64,000 nucleotides of DNA from an archaeon (GTDB taxonomy: Archaea > Nanobdellota > Nanobdellia > SCGC-AAA011-G17 > PNOQ01), in NCBI GenBank assembly GCA_018671245.1, contig JABHIB010000008.1, positions 6,284 through 70,283 of the forward strand. Direction: 5' to 3'. The notes under the pieces are model-generated. The model made no database searches. It had not been told where the DNA came from and saw only the letters and a list, made by a program, of their open reading frames with translations. This document shows, piece by piece, positions 38,159-47,343 of this stretch (positions within the stretch are counted from its first letter, which is position 1; every line of letters begins with the position of its first letter). The position numbers were made by a program, and so were the translations under genes.

Positions 38159-39160
38159 ATGAAATTAACAGATTATAAAAAATATTTAGTTATAGCAATA
38201 ATTTCAATGTTACTATTCTTATCTTACAAAATAGTTTCATCATTTGTATCTTCACTAATAGTTGCAGTAATTCTAGCGATAATTTTCAATCCACTTTACA
38301 AGAGAATACGCAAACTAGTTAAGAAAAAAGTAATAGCTTCCGGAATAACAATTTTCCTTATATTCTTAATCTTAATCATACCTTTATTATTCCTAACAGG
38401 ACCAATAATCAGAGAAACAACCACTATTCAGAATACATTCAATCAACTAGATTTCACTTCACTCTCTCAAAAAATACAGGATATAACTCACACTGGAGTA
38501 AACCTTAATACATACGCAAAAAGTTATTCTGCGAAACTATCGGGATTCTTTATTAATGCAACATCGAATATTTTCTTAACAGTAATGAGTGGAATACTCT
38601 CCATATTCATAGTAGGTTTTACAATGTTCTTTATCTTCATGAACAGCCCAGCAATACTAAGAAAAATTAGAGAACTGATCCCATTAAACAGGGAAAAGAA
38701 AAACAGACTATTCAAAGATATTCAAAATACAACTAATGGGATTATTTTCGGATTAGTTATTTCAGGAATGCTCCAAGGTATTGCAGGAGCAATAGGTTTC
38801 TTTATACTAGGAATACCAAACGCAATATTCTGGGGAATCATAATGACTATCTTAGCTATTTTACCAGCAATAGGAGCAACAGCAATCTGGGTTCCAACAT
38901 CTATATATCTCCTTGCTACAGATAGCATGGTTAGAGGAGTGCTACTATTCTTATATGGACTTTTCATAATCAGTTCAATAGAAAACATACTAAAACCAAA
39001 ATTAATAGGAAGAAAGGCAAATATCCATCCAATAGTAATACTACTTGGATTACTTGGAGGGCTGAAAGTCTTTGGATTTGCAGGACTTCTGATAGGACCT
39101 TTAATTCTATCATTACTAGTAGTATTTTATAGAACAATTGAAGATAAAAATGAAACTTAA
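38159..39160 (+). CDS. AI-2E family transporter (PerM/UPF0118)
   Basis: About 333 aa with 7-8 TMs. The C-terminal motif IENILKPKLIG..ANIHPIVILLGLLGG is typical of the family. The track start is GTG (38153), so I used ATG 38159. Confidence 0.65.
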   Translation: MKLTDYKKYLVIAIISMLLFLSYKIVSSFVSSLIVAVILAIIFNPLYKRIRKLVKKKVIASGITIFLIFLILIIPLLFLTGPIIRETTTIQNTFNQLDFTSLSQKIQDITHTGVNLNTYAKSYSAKLSGFFINATSNIFLTVMSGILSIFIVGFTMFFIFMNSPAILRKIRELIPLNREKKNRLFKDIQNTTNGIIFGLVISGMLQGIAGAIGFFILGIPNAIFWGIIMTILAILPAIGATAIWVPTSIYLLATDSMVRGVLLFLYGLFIISSIENILKPKLIGRKANIHPIVILLGLLGGLKVFGFAGLLIGPLILSLLVVFYRTIEDKNET

Positions 39161-40622
39161 AGTAAAAGATGTGAATCTCTCAACAGGTGGACCGTTGATT
39201 GTAATTCTGAATTATAAAGATGCAAAAAAATTAGACATTCATAGTGGAGACAGAGTTCTATTAAAAAAAGGGAGAAAAGAGATTATAGCTGCACTGAATG
39301 TATCTGAGATTTCAAGAAGTATAAAGCACAAAGAGATAGGATTATTAGAAGAGGTAATGGAAGTACTAAAAATCAAAAAGGGCGAGGAATTGGAACTAAA
39401 GCCTACCCACACACCAGCTTCAATAGAGTTTATTAGAAAAAAACTAGATGGTGAAAAACTTTCTAAAAAAGAAATTAAAATTATAGTAAAAGATATGACT
39501 GAAAACGATCTAACCGATGTAGAACTAGCATATTTTGTTTCGGCTTGCTACAAAAACAGACTATCTCATGATGAAGTCGAAAATCTAACTAAAGCAGTTT
39601 TAGAAAATGGAGAAAAAATAAAATTAGGAAAAAAGATTATCGCAGATAAACACTGTTTGGGAGGAATACCAAATAATAGAACAACTATGTTAATCACTCC
39701 AATACTTGCAGCCGCAGGACTAACTATTGCTAAAAGTTCATCAAGATCAATAACCAGTGCAGCAGGTACTGCAGACACTATGGAAGTTCTTTCCAAAATT
39801 GCATTTACTCCAGAAAAAATAAAAAAGATAGTAAAAAAAGCCAACGGATGTATAATATGGGGTGGAGCAATGGAACTGGCAGGAGCAGATGATAAACTAA
39901 TAAAAGTCAGATACCCATTAAGACTAGATCCTGAGGGTTTAATGATATCTTCAATACTTGCAAAAAAAGCAAGTGTGGGATCAACACATGTTTTAATAGA
40001 CATCCCAATAGGAGAAACAGCAAAAATAAATTCTAAGAAAAAAGCTAAAAGTCTAAAAAGAAAATTCATCCATTTAGGAAAAAGATTGGGAATGAATATC
40101 AAGGTTATAATCACAGATGGTTCACAACCAATAGGAAACGGAATAGGTCCAAACCTTGAAGCCAGAGATGTGTTATATATCTTAAGAAGAGATAAAAAAG
40201 CTCCAAAAGATCTAGAGAAAAAATCAATAATGATGGCTGACAAAATCTTCAAATTAACAAAAACTAAAGCATCTGCAAAAATAATTTTAGAATCAGGACT
40301 AGCCTATACAAAGATGAAAGAAATTATAAGATTACAAAATGGTAAGTCTTCAATAAAACCAGAAGATATAGAACTAGCAAAGTACTCATATAATGTTAAA
40401 TCCACTCGAAGAGGAAAAGTATCATTCATAGACAATAAAAAAATAACAAAGGTAGCAAGAATAGCAGGAGCGCCAGAAGATAAGAGAGCTGGAGTTTACC
40501 TTTACAAACATCTGAAAACCAAAGTTAAGAAAAATGAAATTCTTTATACTATTTATTCAGATTCTGAAGATAAATTGAAATATGCTAAAGCAATTTCTAA
40601 AGACTCTGTGAAAATTAGTTGA
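39150..40622 (+). CDS. AMP phosphorylase (archaeal thymidine-phosphorylase family, DeoA-like)
   Basis: About 490 aa. The N-terminal extra domain MKLKVKDVNLSTGGPLIVILNYKDAKKLDIHSGDRV is characteristic of AMP phosphorylases. The core has HCLGGIPNNRTT and SSRSITSAAGTADTME. Confidence 0.8.
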   Translation: MKLKVKDVNLSTGGPLIVILNYKDAKKLDIHSGDRVLLKKGRKEIIAALNVSEISRSIKHKEIGLLEEVMEVLKIKKGEELELKPTHTPASIEFIRKKLDGEKLSKKEIKIIVKDMTENDLTDVELAYFVSACYKNRLSHDEVENLTKAVLENGEKIKLGKKIIADKHCLGGIPNNRTTMLITPILAAAGLTIAKSSSRSITSAAGTADTMEVLSKIAFTPEKIKKIVKKANGCIIWGGAMELAGADDKLIKVRYPLRLDPEGLMISSILAKKASVGSTHVLIDIPIGETAKINSKKKAKSLKRKFIHLGKRLGMNIKVIITDGSQPIGNGIGPNLEARDVLYILRRDKKAPKDLEKKSIMMADKIFKLTKTKASAKIILESGLAYTKMKEIIRLQNGKSSIKPEDIELAKYSYNVKSTRRGKVSFIDNKKITKVARIAGAPEDKRAGVYLYKHLKTKVKKNEILYTIYSDSEDKLKYAKAISKDSVKIS

Positions 40623-40631
40623 AAAGTAGTT

Positions 40632-41579
40632 TCAATACACACAATAATCATCAACTATAATCATCCCTGGTTCTGGGCAACAATATTCAGACCCTTTAAC
40701 TTCATACCATCCGTCAGAACATTCAGATTCCTCTTCTTCAAAAAAATTTGGGAAATTACAATCTCCTGGGACAGTACCATTAGAATAAGTATACATTAAA
40801 CAAGAAATATATTCTTCATCAATCTTAGTTATTTTACATTTTCTTGAAGAATCGGCAGAATAGGGAAACATGATACTATTAGTTTTAGGATTATGAGAGA
40901 TATCAAAAAGATGGAGTATCTCATGAACTTCGAGAACAGGATATCCTGTTGAACAGATAGCGCCTTGGCCATAAAACTCTATTTTCCCCTTAAGTATCAA
41001 ATTTTTTGAAAGATCTAATTCAGACTTAGTTGCAACCCCGAGGGCATATTCTCCCGAACGGTCATAAACTGAAGGTTTGAAATATATTGAAATATCTGGA
41101 TCTTCAATAACTTCTCTAAACCAAATTATTTCAGAAGTTTCATCTTCAACTTTTTTAAAAGCAGACCTTGTCAAATTAACCTGCCTACTATAATTACTTT
41201 CAAAATCATAATTCTCAAATTTATAAGTAATAGGCATGTGACTCCAGTGCAAAATTTGAGCATTTGAAAAATTATCAGTTTCTTCGAACTCGCCATCCGA
41301 AGAAAAATTATCATAAGATTCATTCATGACATCAATAGGAATATCATCACCAGATATAAAACCAATAATAACTGAACTAAATAAAATAAAACAAATAATG
41401 GACCCTAAAACAATTCCAACAATAGCCATACTTTTTCCACCAATTTTTTTATTTTTATTTATCTTATTTAATGCGATTATTCCAAAAATTATTGCTAAGA
41501 TTGCACCAATTATAGTAATGCCAAATATTCCTAAAACTAATGATGCTATTGCAAATCCAGTAGTACGAGATTTAGACAT
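40632..41579 (-). CDS. Membrane-anchored metzincin-like zinc metalloprotease with Cys-rich C-terminal tail
   Basis: It has an N-terminal double-TM anchor (GFAIASLVLGIFGITIIGAILAIIFGIIALNKI, DUF4190-like). It has HEILHLFDISH (HExxHxxxxxH) followed by SIMFP (a Met-turn candidate). The tail is CNFPNFFEEEESECSDGWYEVKGSEYCCPEPG..DDYC. The track start (41678) overlaps tRNA-Ser, so I moved it to ATG 41579. Confidence 0.6.
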   Translation of the reverse strand: MSKSRTTGFAIASLVLGIFGITIIGAILAIIFGIIALNKINKNKKIGGKSMAIVGIVLGSIICFILFSSVIIGFISGDDIPIDVMNESYDNFSSDGEFEETDNFSNAQILHWSHMPITYKFENYDFESNYSRQVNLTRSAFKKVEDETSEIIWFREVIEDPDISIYFKPSVYDRSGEYALGVATKSELDLSKNLILKGKIEFYGQGAICSTGYPVLEVHEILHLFDISHNPKTNSIMFPYSADSSRKCKITKIDEEYISCLMYTYSNGTVPGDCNFPNFFEEEESECSDGWYEVKGSEYCCPEPGMIIVDDYCVY

Positions 41580-41628
41580 GAGAAAAAAATGAACTTTCAG
41601 ATATATAAAACTAACTAAAAATATAAAA

Positions 41629-41711
41629 CGCCGCAACTGGGATTTGAACCCAGATGCCCTTGCGGGCCCGGCTTTCAAGGCCGGTGCAATACCAGGTTAT
41701 GCGATCGCGGC
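41629..41711 (-). tRNA. tRNA-Ser (anticodon UGA), no intron
   Basis: Hand-folded. Acceptor is GCCGCGA/TTGCGGC (one G-U) and the anticodon arm is CCGGC-CTTGAAA-GCCGG. The long variable arm is GCCC-GCAA-GGGC and the T-arm is CTGGG-TTCAAAT-CCCAG. Confidence 0.85.
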
Positions 41712-41756
41712 ATAATAAAAAATAAAAGAAGTTCCACCTTTTTAAAATCTTCTGAT

Positions 41757-42395
41757 TTATAATACTCCAAGCAAATGATAAACTAATGCAGTTGCAGCCT
41801 TCATACTTCCATCACTATCAGAATATTCTAAAATAACACAATCATTCTCAACATACAAAGAGTTTTCATTACCATATCTTAACGAAATCACTCCGATATC
41901 AGCACTTGAATCTTCGCAAGTTACTATCTCAATCTCTCCACTATACCCCTCATACTCTTCACTAATAGCAATATTTGCATGAAGATTATGTACCGGACGA
42001 ATATCTTTATTGATCAATCTAGTAATTGTTACAGGAGTTATAGCAGCCCTACCTTTCAAAATCAAACTATCTTCAGGATTCTGAATAACATAAATAAAGT
42101 CTTTATCAAAAATATAATCACTAACTTCATTATTGTATCCAATACTCTCAAGCTCTTCAGGGCCAAACTCAAAAGGGATATTATCTATATTTCCTTTAAT
42201 ATCTTTTAATTTAATCAAATGAAATGTGACTGCAGGATTTCTATCATCAACTCTAAATGCAAAACTACCAGCAGGACCTTCCCAATCATAAGATTCAGGT
42301 AATCCTGAAGTATATATTCCCCCAATTAAAGCAACTAATGAAACTATCAAAATTATAATGAAAATATCTATTGTCTTTCCAGTTTTCTCATCCAT
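41757..42395 (-). CDS. Hypothetical membrane-anchored/secreted protein (paralog of 42397-42912)
   Basis: 212 aa. It has an N-terminal TM (IDIFIIILIVSLVALIGGIY). The C-terminal motif is VTCEDSSADIGVISL..LYVENDC..ALVYHLLGVL. Confidence 0.5.
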   Translation of the reverse strand: MDEKTGKTIDIFIIILIVSLVALIGGIYTSGLPESYDWEGPAGSFAFRVDDRNPAVTFHLIKLKDIKGNIDNIPFEFGPEELESIGYNNEVSDYIFDKDFIYVIQNPEDSLILKGRAAITPVTITRLINKDIRPVHNLHANIAISEEYEGYSGEIEIVTCEDSSADIGVISLRYGNENSLYVENDCVILEYSDSDGSMKAATALVYHLLGVL

Positions 42396-42396
42396 T

Positions 42397-42912
42397 TTAC
42401 ATAACTCCTAAAATATCATAACAAATCCTATTAACAGATTTGATAAAATCTCCAGAAACATAAGTACACTTATCTACTTTATAAATTTTTTCTTCACCAT
42501 TAATAAATCCAATTACATTATCACTTTCACAACTGACAACAGGTATATCTGGACAATTCTCTTCACCTAAACAAGCGATCTGAGAAAACTCTCCCCTATA
42601 TGCTAAAAAGTTTCTTAATTTACTTATAGCATAATTCATATCATCATTTAATTCAGAAGGAGTGTATGCAATATATAGATTTGTTAAATCAATATGGCCT
42701 GAATCATAATCCATATCTTCAAGATCACTAGGTAAATAATCAAAAAGATATTGTTTACCTTCAATATAAGTTACCCATCCAGTATTAACTTTGGTAAATG
42801 TATAATCTCCATAATGTTCACTATCATAGCTCTCTCCACCCATAAAACCTATAGTACTACTAATCATAATAGCTACAACAAATAGAGGTAAGAATAATTT
42901 TCGTTTTTTCAT
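42397..42912 (-). CDS. Hypothetical secreted protein (paralog of 41757-42395)
   Basis: 171 aa. It has the signal/anchor MKKRKLFLPLFVVAIMISSTIGF. The C-terminal motif is VVSCESDNVIGFING..IYKVDKC..RICYDILGVM. Confidence 0.5.
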   Translation of the reverse strand: MKKRKLFLPLFVVAIMISSTIGFMGGESYDSEHYGDYTFTKVNTGWVTYIEGKQYLFDYLPSDLEDMDYDSGHIDLTNLYIAYTPSELNDDMNYAISKLRNFLAYRGEFSQIACLGEENCPDIPVVSCESDNVIGFINGEEKIYKVDKCTYVSGDFIKSVNRICYDILGVM

Positions 42913-42962
42913 AAGATTTTGGAGTAATACTTAGAATAAAAAGCTTTCTATAAGTTTAAAAT

Positions 42963-42985
42963 AAAAAGAAAAAAAAGAAAAAAAA
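42963..42985 (-). terminator. Oligo-T terminator downstream of the S-layer gene
   Basis: On the minus strand, 11 nt after the TAA stop, the sequence reads T8-C-T8-C-T5. Archaeal termination uses oligo-T tracts. Confidence 0.5.
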
Positions 42986-42996
42986 TAGGTGTAGAA

Positions 42997-45363
42997 TTAC
43001 TCTACACTTATTGCGTCAACAGTTAGACCAGTTCCAGAAACTGAAACTAATTCTTTACCAGACAATGCAAATGCACTAGGATTAGCTGCAACTACTGCTG
43101 CTCTCTTAGTATCATCAACACTCCATCCAGCTACAACCATAGCTACGTTGTCACCATTCTCAAACATCTTTAGGTAACCAACATTCTCAGAGTAACCTGA
43201 ATCCAATCCACATGAACCTGCACCTACACCTTCAAAAGAAGCTGTTAAGCTGTTTACACAAGGTCCACCTACAAGGATTAAGTTGTAATCTGCTGCAGTT
43301 GTTACTTGGCTGTCGTCTAAGATAGCTGCACTTGTTGATTCAGTTGTTGCTGCACTTGATGAGATATAAACTCCAGCTGAAACTTCATCACCATGGTATA
43401 TCAATTCTACACTATTTTGACCTGAACTAGGCTTACTCTCCAAAATTTCAGTTGCAAGTGCAGAGTATGTGAAATCTCTCCAAATATCTGTATTACCAAT
43501 TTCTACAGCAGTAACATCAGCAACTTCAGTACTATACGTGCTAACTTCAACTTCAGGAGTTGTAGATGAATCCCAACCAATAGTTAGATTTATCTGATCA
43601 CCATCTGCATGTGCCTTGTTACCATTTTTATCTTCCTCATTTGTTACTAAATAAAAACTAGTAGCATTATGACCAACTCCTGCTCCAGCATCAGTAAAAT
43701 TTACTGCACCTGGCGCAGCACTAGTATTTGCAGCTAAAAATGGTAATTGGACTTTAAATCCTTCTTTTGACCAAAGTTCATTGAAGTTAGTGTTAGCACT
43801 ATTGTTTGTTAAAACAACAGTTCTCGTACTACCAGCCTTAGCAACCGTAGTAACACTAAGATCTACATTTCCAACAGAAAATGTATCTGCATCTTTAGCA
43901 CCAGTCTTCGCATCTACCCACGAACCATCTTTGTAATATTGGAAATCTGTTTTATTATTAGATCCATCAATCACAAAATTTGTTGCCTTCATCAAATAAG
44001 ACTCAGCATCACTATCGTCAGTCCAAGATGCAACAAAGTAATCATCAGTAGATGCATCAAAAGTAAGAGCTGCACCATCTGCTGCAGTAACTAGCCTGTT
44101 ATTAGCATCTTTACCAAATCCTGCAAATGCTTCTGAAGTAGTCGCATACAAAAAGTTAATATCTGCAACACCACTCTTTAATGGAAAATCTTCAAGAGTA
44201 GCATATAAGTCTCCACCCTGTTGAACTAAAATACTTTCTTCTACAGGATAAACTAACCCATCATAAGACATAGATACTGCCCCAAATCCTGGCATAGTTA
44301 TCATAGTGTCCTCAGTAATAAATAAGTCTTCATCAGCATTCCACTCAATAACCATATTAGTTAATTTTCCAGTTGAACTAGTCCATGCACCGGTCGAATT
44401 AGTAAAATAAGCTGAAAGTCCTGAAATAGACTCGTCATTAAGTTTTATTTCTGACCCGCCTGTAAGAGTTAACTTTCCAGAACCAATACTAAATTCTACC
44501 TTGCTAATACCAGAATCTCTAGAATCATACATTATATCTTTAATTCCGACATATGCTTCATCACTCAATTTATATGTCTCTCCTTCCTGTAAACTATTAG
44601 TTATTTCTCCATTAACTGTCAACTTTACTTCAGTAGCACTGATATAATCTACACTAGAAAGATAACTAACTCCTCCAGAAACCAAAGTACTAGATTCACC
44701 CTCTGATAAGATTGTATCTTCAGCAGAATCTAAAAGTGTCAACACAAGATTAGTACTTGATGTAGAATTACTCAACACATAATAATCATCACCCATAAAT
44801 GGGAAATTAGTAGTTGATAAGTCCATAACTAAAGGTTCATCACTAAAATCAAGTGTATAATTTAACACATTTTCTCCTGATGCGATTCTGACACCTAATG
44901 TAGGAGAATCTGCCTTATAATCATTATCGTCGAACATACTTACTTCAACAGACACACCAATTTCAATTTTTTGAGTGTAATCAAACTCGTCATTGTCATT
45001 GTCAATAAATTTACCACTTACTAAAAGTTCCGGCAATTCATCATCGTCAAGACTAGATGTTATCACTTCTGTGACATTATCACCTAAATGGAATTTAGTT
45101 GATGTTTTTTCAAATTTGTAAGAATCTCCGTCTCCACTAACAGTTGTAGCAGTTGCTAAACCATTCATATATGTCTGTATTGTACTTCTTGCATCAGCAT
45201 CGTCAGAACCAGCACCAATAACCATTGCTACGTTTACGTAAGCATCGGAAGCCACAAAAGGCTCAGGTAAAGTTCCTAAATCAGCTGCAAGAGCACCTGT
45301 CATTGTAGCTCCAAGCATGGCTATACCAGTACCCACAGCTGCAATTTGTTTTATAAATTTCAT
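42997..45363 (-). CDS. S-layer protein (Methanococcales-type S_layer_N/S_layer_C architecture)
   Basis: About 788 aa, acidic and Thr/Ser-rich. The signal peptide is MKFIKQIAAVGTGIAMLGATMTGALA. The mature N-terminus is ADLGTLPEPFV..VNVAMVIGAGSDD and the C-terminal motif is DYNLILVGGPCVNSLT. The track start (GTG 45375) lies inside the Shine-Dalgarno sequence, so I used ATG 45363. Confidence 0.75.
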   Translation of the reverse strand: MKFIKQIAAVGTGIAMLGATMTGALAADLGTLPEPFVASDAYVNVAMVIGAGSDDADARSTIQTYMNGLATATTVSGDGDSYKFEKTSTKFHLGDNVTEVITSSLDDDELPELLVSGKFIDNDNDEFDYTQKIEIGVSVEVSMFDDNDYKADSPTLGVRIASGENVLNYTLDFSDEPLVMDLSTTNFPFMGDDYYVLSNSTSSTNLVLTLLDSAEDTILSEGESSTLVSGGVSYLSSVDYISATEVKLTVNGEITNSLQEGETYKLSDEAYVGIKDIMYDSRDSGISKVEFSIGSGKLTLTGGSEIKLNDESISGLSAYFTNSTGAWTSSTGKLTNMVIEWNADEDLFITEDTMITMPGFGAVSMSYDGLVYPVEESILVQQGGDLYATLEDFPLKSGVADINFLYATTSEAFAGFGKDANNRLVTAADGAALTFDASTDDYFVASWTDDSDAESYLMKATNFVIDGSNNKTDFQYYKDGSWVDAKTGAKDADTFSVGNVDLSVTTVAKAGSTRTVVLTNNSANTNFNELWSKEGFKVQLPFLAANTSAAPGAVNFTDAGAGVGHNATSFYLVTNEEDKNGNKAHADGDQINLTIGWDSSTTPEVEVSTYSTEVADVTAVEIGNTDIWRDFTYSALATEILESKPSSGQNSVELIYHGDEVSAGVYISSSAATTESTSAAILDDSQVTTAADYNLILVGGPCVNSLTASFEGVGAGSCGLDSGYSENVGYLKMFENGDNVAMVVAGWSVDDTKRAAVVAANPSAFALSGKELVSVSGTGLTVDAISVE

Positions 45364-45374
45364 ATTAAAATTCA

Positions 45375-45381
45375 CACCTCC
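45375..45381 (-). promoter_or_regulatory. Shine-Dalgarno sequence GGAGGTG for the S-layer gene
   Basis: The minus strand reads GGAGGTG-tgaattttaat-ATG. This is the clearest SD I noticed in the window. Confidence 0.6.
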
Positions 45382-45488
45382 AAAGTGTAAAAATTTTAAC
45401 CTCTTTTTTTATGCCAAGATCTCTGTCGTCAAAACATCCTAAGTCACTGTATATTATCATTATTACTAAATTCAAACCTATTTTGGCG

Positions 45489-45498
45489 TTTTATAAAC
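45489..45498 (-). promoter_or_regulatory. Candidate TATA box (GTTTATAAAA) for the S-layer gene, implying a ~100-nt leader
   Basis: It is the best TTTAWAWA-like match in the 201-nt intergenic region. Other A/T-rich candidates exist closer to the gene. Confidence 0.3.
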
Positions 45499-45564
45499 AT
45501 TTGTACACTTCAGAACATTAATAAGCCCTAAACCCTAGAATTCGGGCAATACAGCCCATTTTAA

Positions 45565-45987
45565 CTACTTTCTACACAAAATAGCCCTAATTTCGTACCC
45601 ACCGGGGATAAAAACGCTACTAGAACCCACTCCTTCACTACAATCACCGACGACAGGAAGACATTCAGCACCGCCAGAGAATTTTAACTCAAACCCTACA
45701 TTTTCATCAACCATCGAATTAAGAGTGGCATTCACAAAATCACCAACCTTCAAACAATCAATCGAATTCCCATCACAACAACTAATAGCAAGAGTTTCGA
45801 AACTCACAGGGCCCAAATCAGCACGATAAATAGCATTAACTAAATTATCAATTTTAACACTATAATAAACATCCAGATCTCTCCCACTATCTTCACGAGA
45901 ACCCAATTTAAAAGCAATTAGACCAATAACTATAATCAAAAATACAATAATAACTAATCCTATCATCTCTATCTGACCCTTCTTCAT
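45565..45987 (-). CDS. Class III signal peptide (type IV pilin-like) protein, 140 aa
   Basis: The N-terminus is MKKGQ-IEMIGLVIIVFLIIVIGLIAF. There are 7 Cys in the mature part. It has an ATGA overlap with the upstream gene. The track start is GTG (45999). Confidence 0.6.
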   Translation of the reverse strand: MKKGQIEMIGLVIIVFLIIVIGLIAFKLGSREDSGRDLDVYYSVKIDNLVNAIYRADLGPVSFETLAISCCDGNSIDCLKVGDFVNATLNSMVDENVGFELKFSGGAECLPVVGDCSEGVGSSSVFIPGGYEIRAILCRK

Positions 45988-46427
45988 TCTAAACACCACC
46001 TCACTTTAAGTTCAGAAACAGAATTTCTCTTAATACTAGGATCATACAAACTTACAGGACTACTAATTACTCTCTGTTCAGAGCAGGAAACAAAATCTGA
46101 ATAAATCACATACTCCATCCCAGACCTTGTAAAACTAATCCTCTTATCCTTAAACAATTTATAATCAGAAACACTCGAATTGAATGCCAAAAGTTTCAAC
46201 CAATCAAGACACTCGTCCTCGTGCATTAGATGAGAACATTTAAACTCTGCCATATTCGGAATAACTTCTATCAACTGTCTGAATCTAAACTCTTCATATT
46301 CATTAGCAGAATTTTCTATACCTTTGAAAGTTGAGTTGTAGAAAAAAACCATACCAATCAATATTAAAATCATCACTAAAAAAATAACAATTATACTCTC
46401 TTGCATCTGCATCTGTCCACGCTTCAT
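45984..46427 (-). CDS. Class III signal peptide (type IV pilin-like) protein, 147 aa
   Basis: The N-terminus is MKRGQ-MQMQESIIVIFLVMILILIGMVFF. It abuts the stop of the upstream gene. Confidence 0.6.
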   Translation of the reverse strand: MKRGQMQMQESIIVIFLVMILILIGMVFFYNSTFKGIENSANEYEEFRFRQLIEVIPNMAEFKCSHLMHEDECLDWLKLLAFNSSVSDYKLFKDKRISFTRSGMEYVIYSDFVSCSEQRVISSPVSLYDPSIKRNSVSELKVRWCLE

Positions 46428-47264
46428 CTAGAAAACCACCTCACATTCAAAATTACTCAGTGCCAAGTTCTCAGATTCAAGAGCGCTAGAATCATCAACA
46501 CTTAAACTACCTAAAGCAGAGATAATAGGAGAATAATTACAGCCGCCTAAGTTCTGTGCCTTATACAAATAACTCGATTTCATAAACTCAAATCTCTCAA
46601 TCAATTTATCATAATTACACTTATACTGAAAAGCATCATTAGAAAAAATTGCAGCATAAATAAATTCGTCAGAGTGGTGTGAAAACTCCGAACCTTCCTC
46701 GACAAACTTAACAGAAGATGAACTAACTACTATCTCACTACCCGGATAAATATTACCAACATCAATAGGAAGAACAACAACATCAGCATCCGAAGGATTG
46801 CTAACAATCAAAAACTTTTCTTCCATCAAAGAACTGAGTGAAGCAAACGAAGGATCAAAATAATACTTCCTAGAAACATCACTAACATAAACAAAATTAT
46901 CAACTCTAAACGGAGCATACCAACTCTTGCTCCAGATAACATAATCACTAGACAAAGCATTGCTTCCAAAAACAATACCAAACACTCTCAAACTAACATC
47001 ATCATTAATCCAAAAAGTACTACAGTCATCAAGATCGAAAAATAATTTAAAAGGAGGAATATTAGGACTATAGGATAAATACTGCTCACTACTTTTTGCA
47101 CTAGTTACAAGGTTGTTAAAATTTCTAGCTATAGCAGCACTCTCTTTAGTTTCTTGTAGATCCATATACTTAACACCAAATCCCATAAAGAACATGAAAA
47201 TAATCATTCCTGCAAACACTGCGAATACCCAACTGAACTGAGCACCCTGACCTCTTTTATCCAT
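46428..47264 (-). CDS. Class III signal peptide (type IV pilin-like) protein, 278 aa
   Basis: The N-terminus is MDKRGQ-GAQFSWVFAVFAGMIIFMFFMGF. Confidence 0.55.
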   Translation of the reverse strand: MDKRGQGAQFSWVFAVFAGMIIFMFFMGFGVKYMDLQETKESAAIARNFNNLVTSAKSSEQYLSYSPNIPPFKLFFDLDDCSTFWINDDVSLRVFGIVFGSNALSSDYVIWSKSWYAPFRVDNFVYVSDVSRKYYFDPSFASLSSLMEEKFLIVSNPSDADVVVLPIDVGNIYPGSEIVVSSSSVKFVEEGSEFSHHSDEFIYAAIFSNDAFQYKCNYDKLIERFEFMKSSYLYKAQNLGGCNYSPIISALGSLSVDDSSALESENLALSNFECEVVF

Positions 47265-47343
47265 AACCTAAAAATCGAATCAGAAGTTTAAATAATTTGT
47301 GTTATATCACAAAGATAAAATTCACAGATTTTGAAATTAATAC

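Noticed and set aside
39566-40252. A 228-aa ORF antisense to the AMP phosphorylase gene. Similar long antisense ORFs occur at 14634-15173, 3615-4010, 16081-16467 and 25568-25885, along with the many 60-100-aa track entries nested opposite strong genes.
   Set aside because: They lie entirely within, and opposite to, genes with clear family motifs. Their translations are low-complexity (Ile/Phe/Ser/Leu-rich), as expected for the reverse strand of AT-rich Lys/Glu/Asn-rich coding sequence. None has a recognisable motif.
45526-45538. A telomere-like CCCTAAACCCTAG (TTAGGG-like on the other strand) in the S-layer upstream region.
   Set aside because: There are only two imperfect units in an intergenic promoter region. 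There is no array, so it is most likely coincidence.
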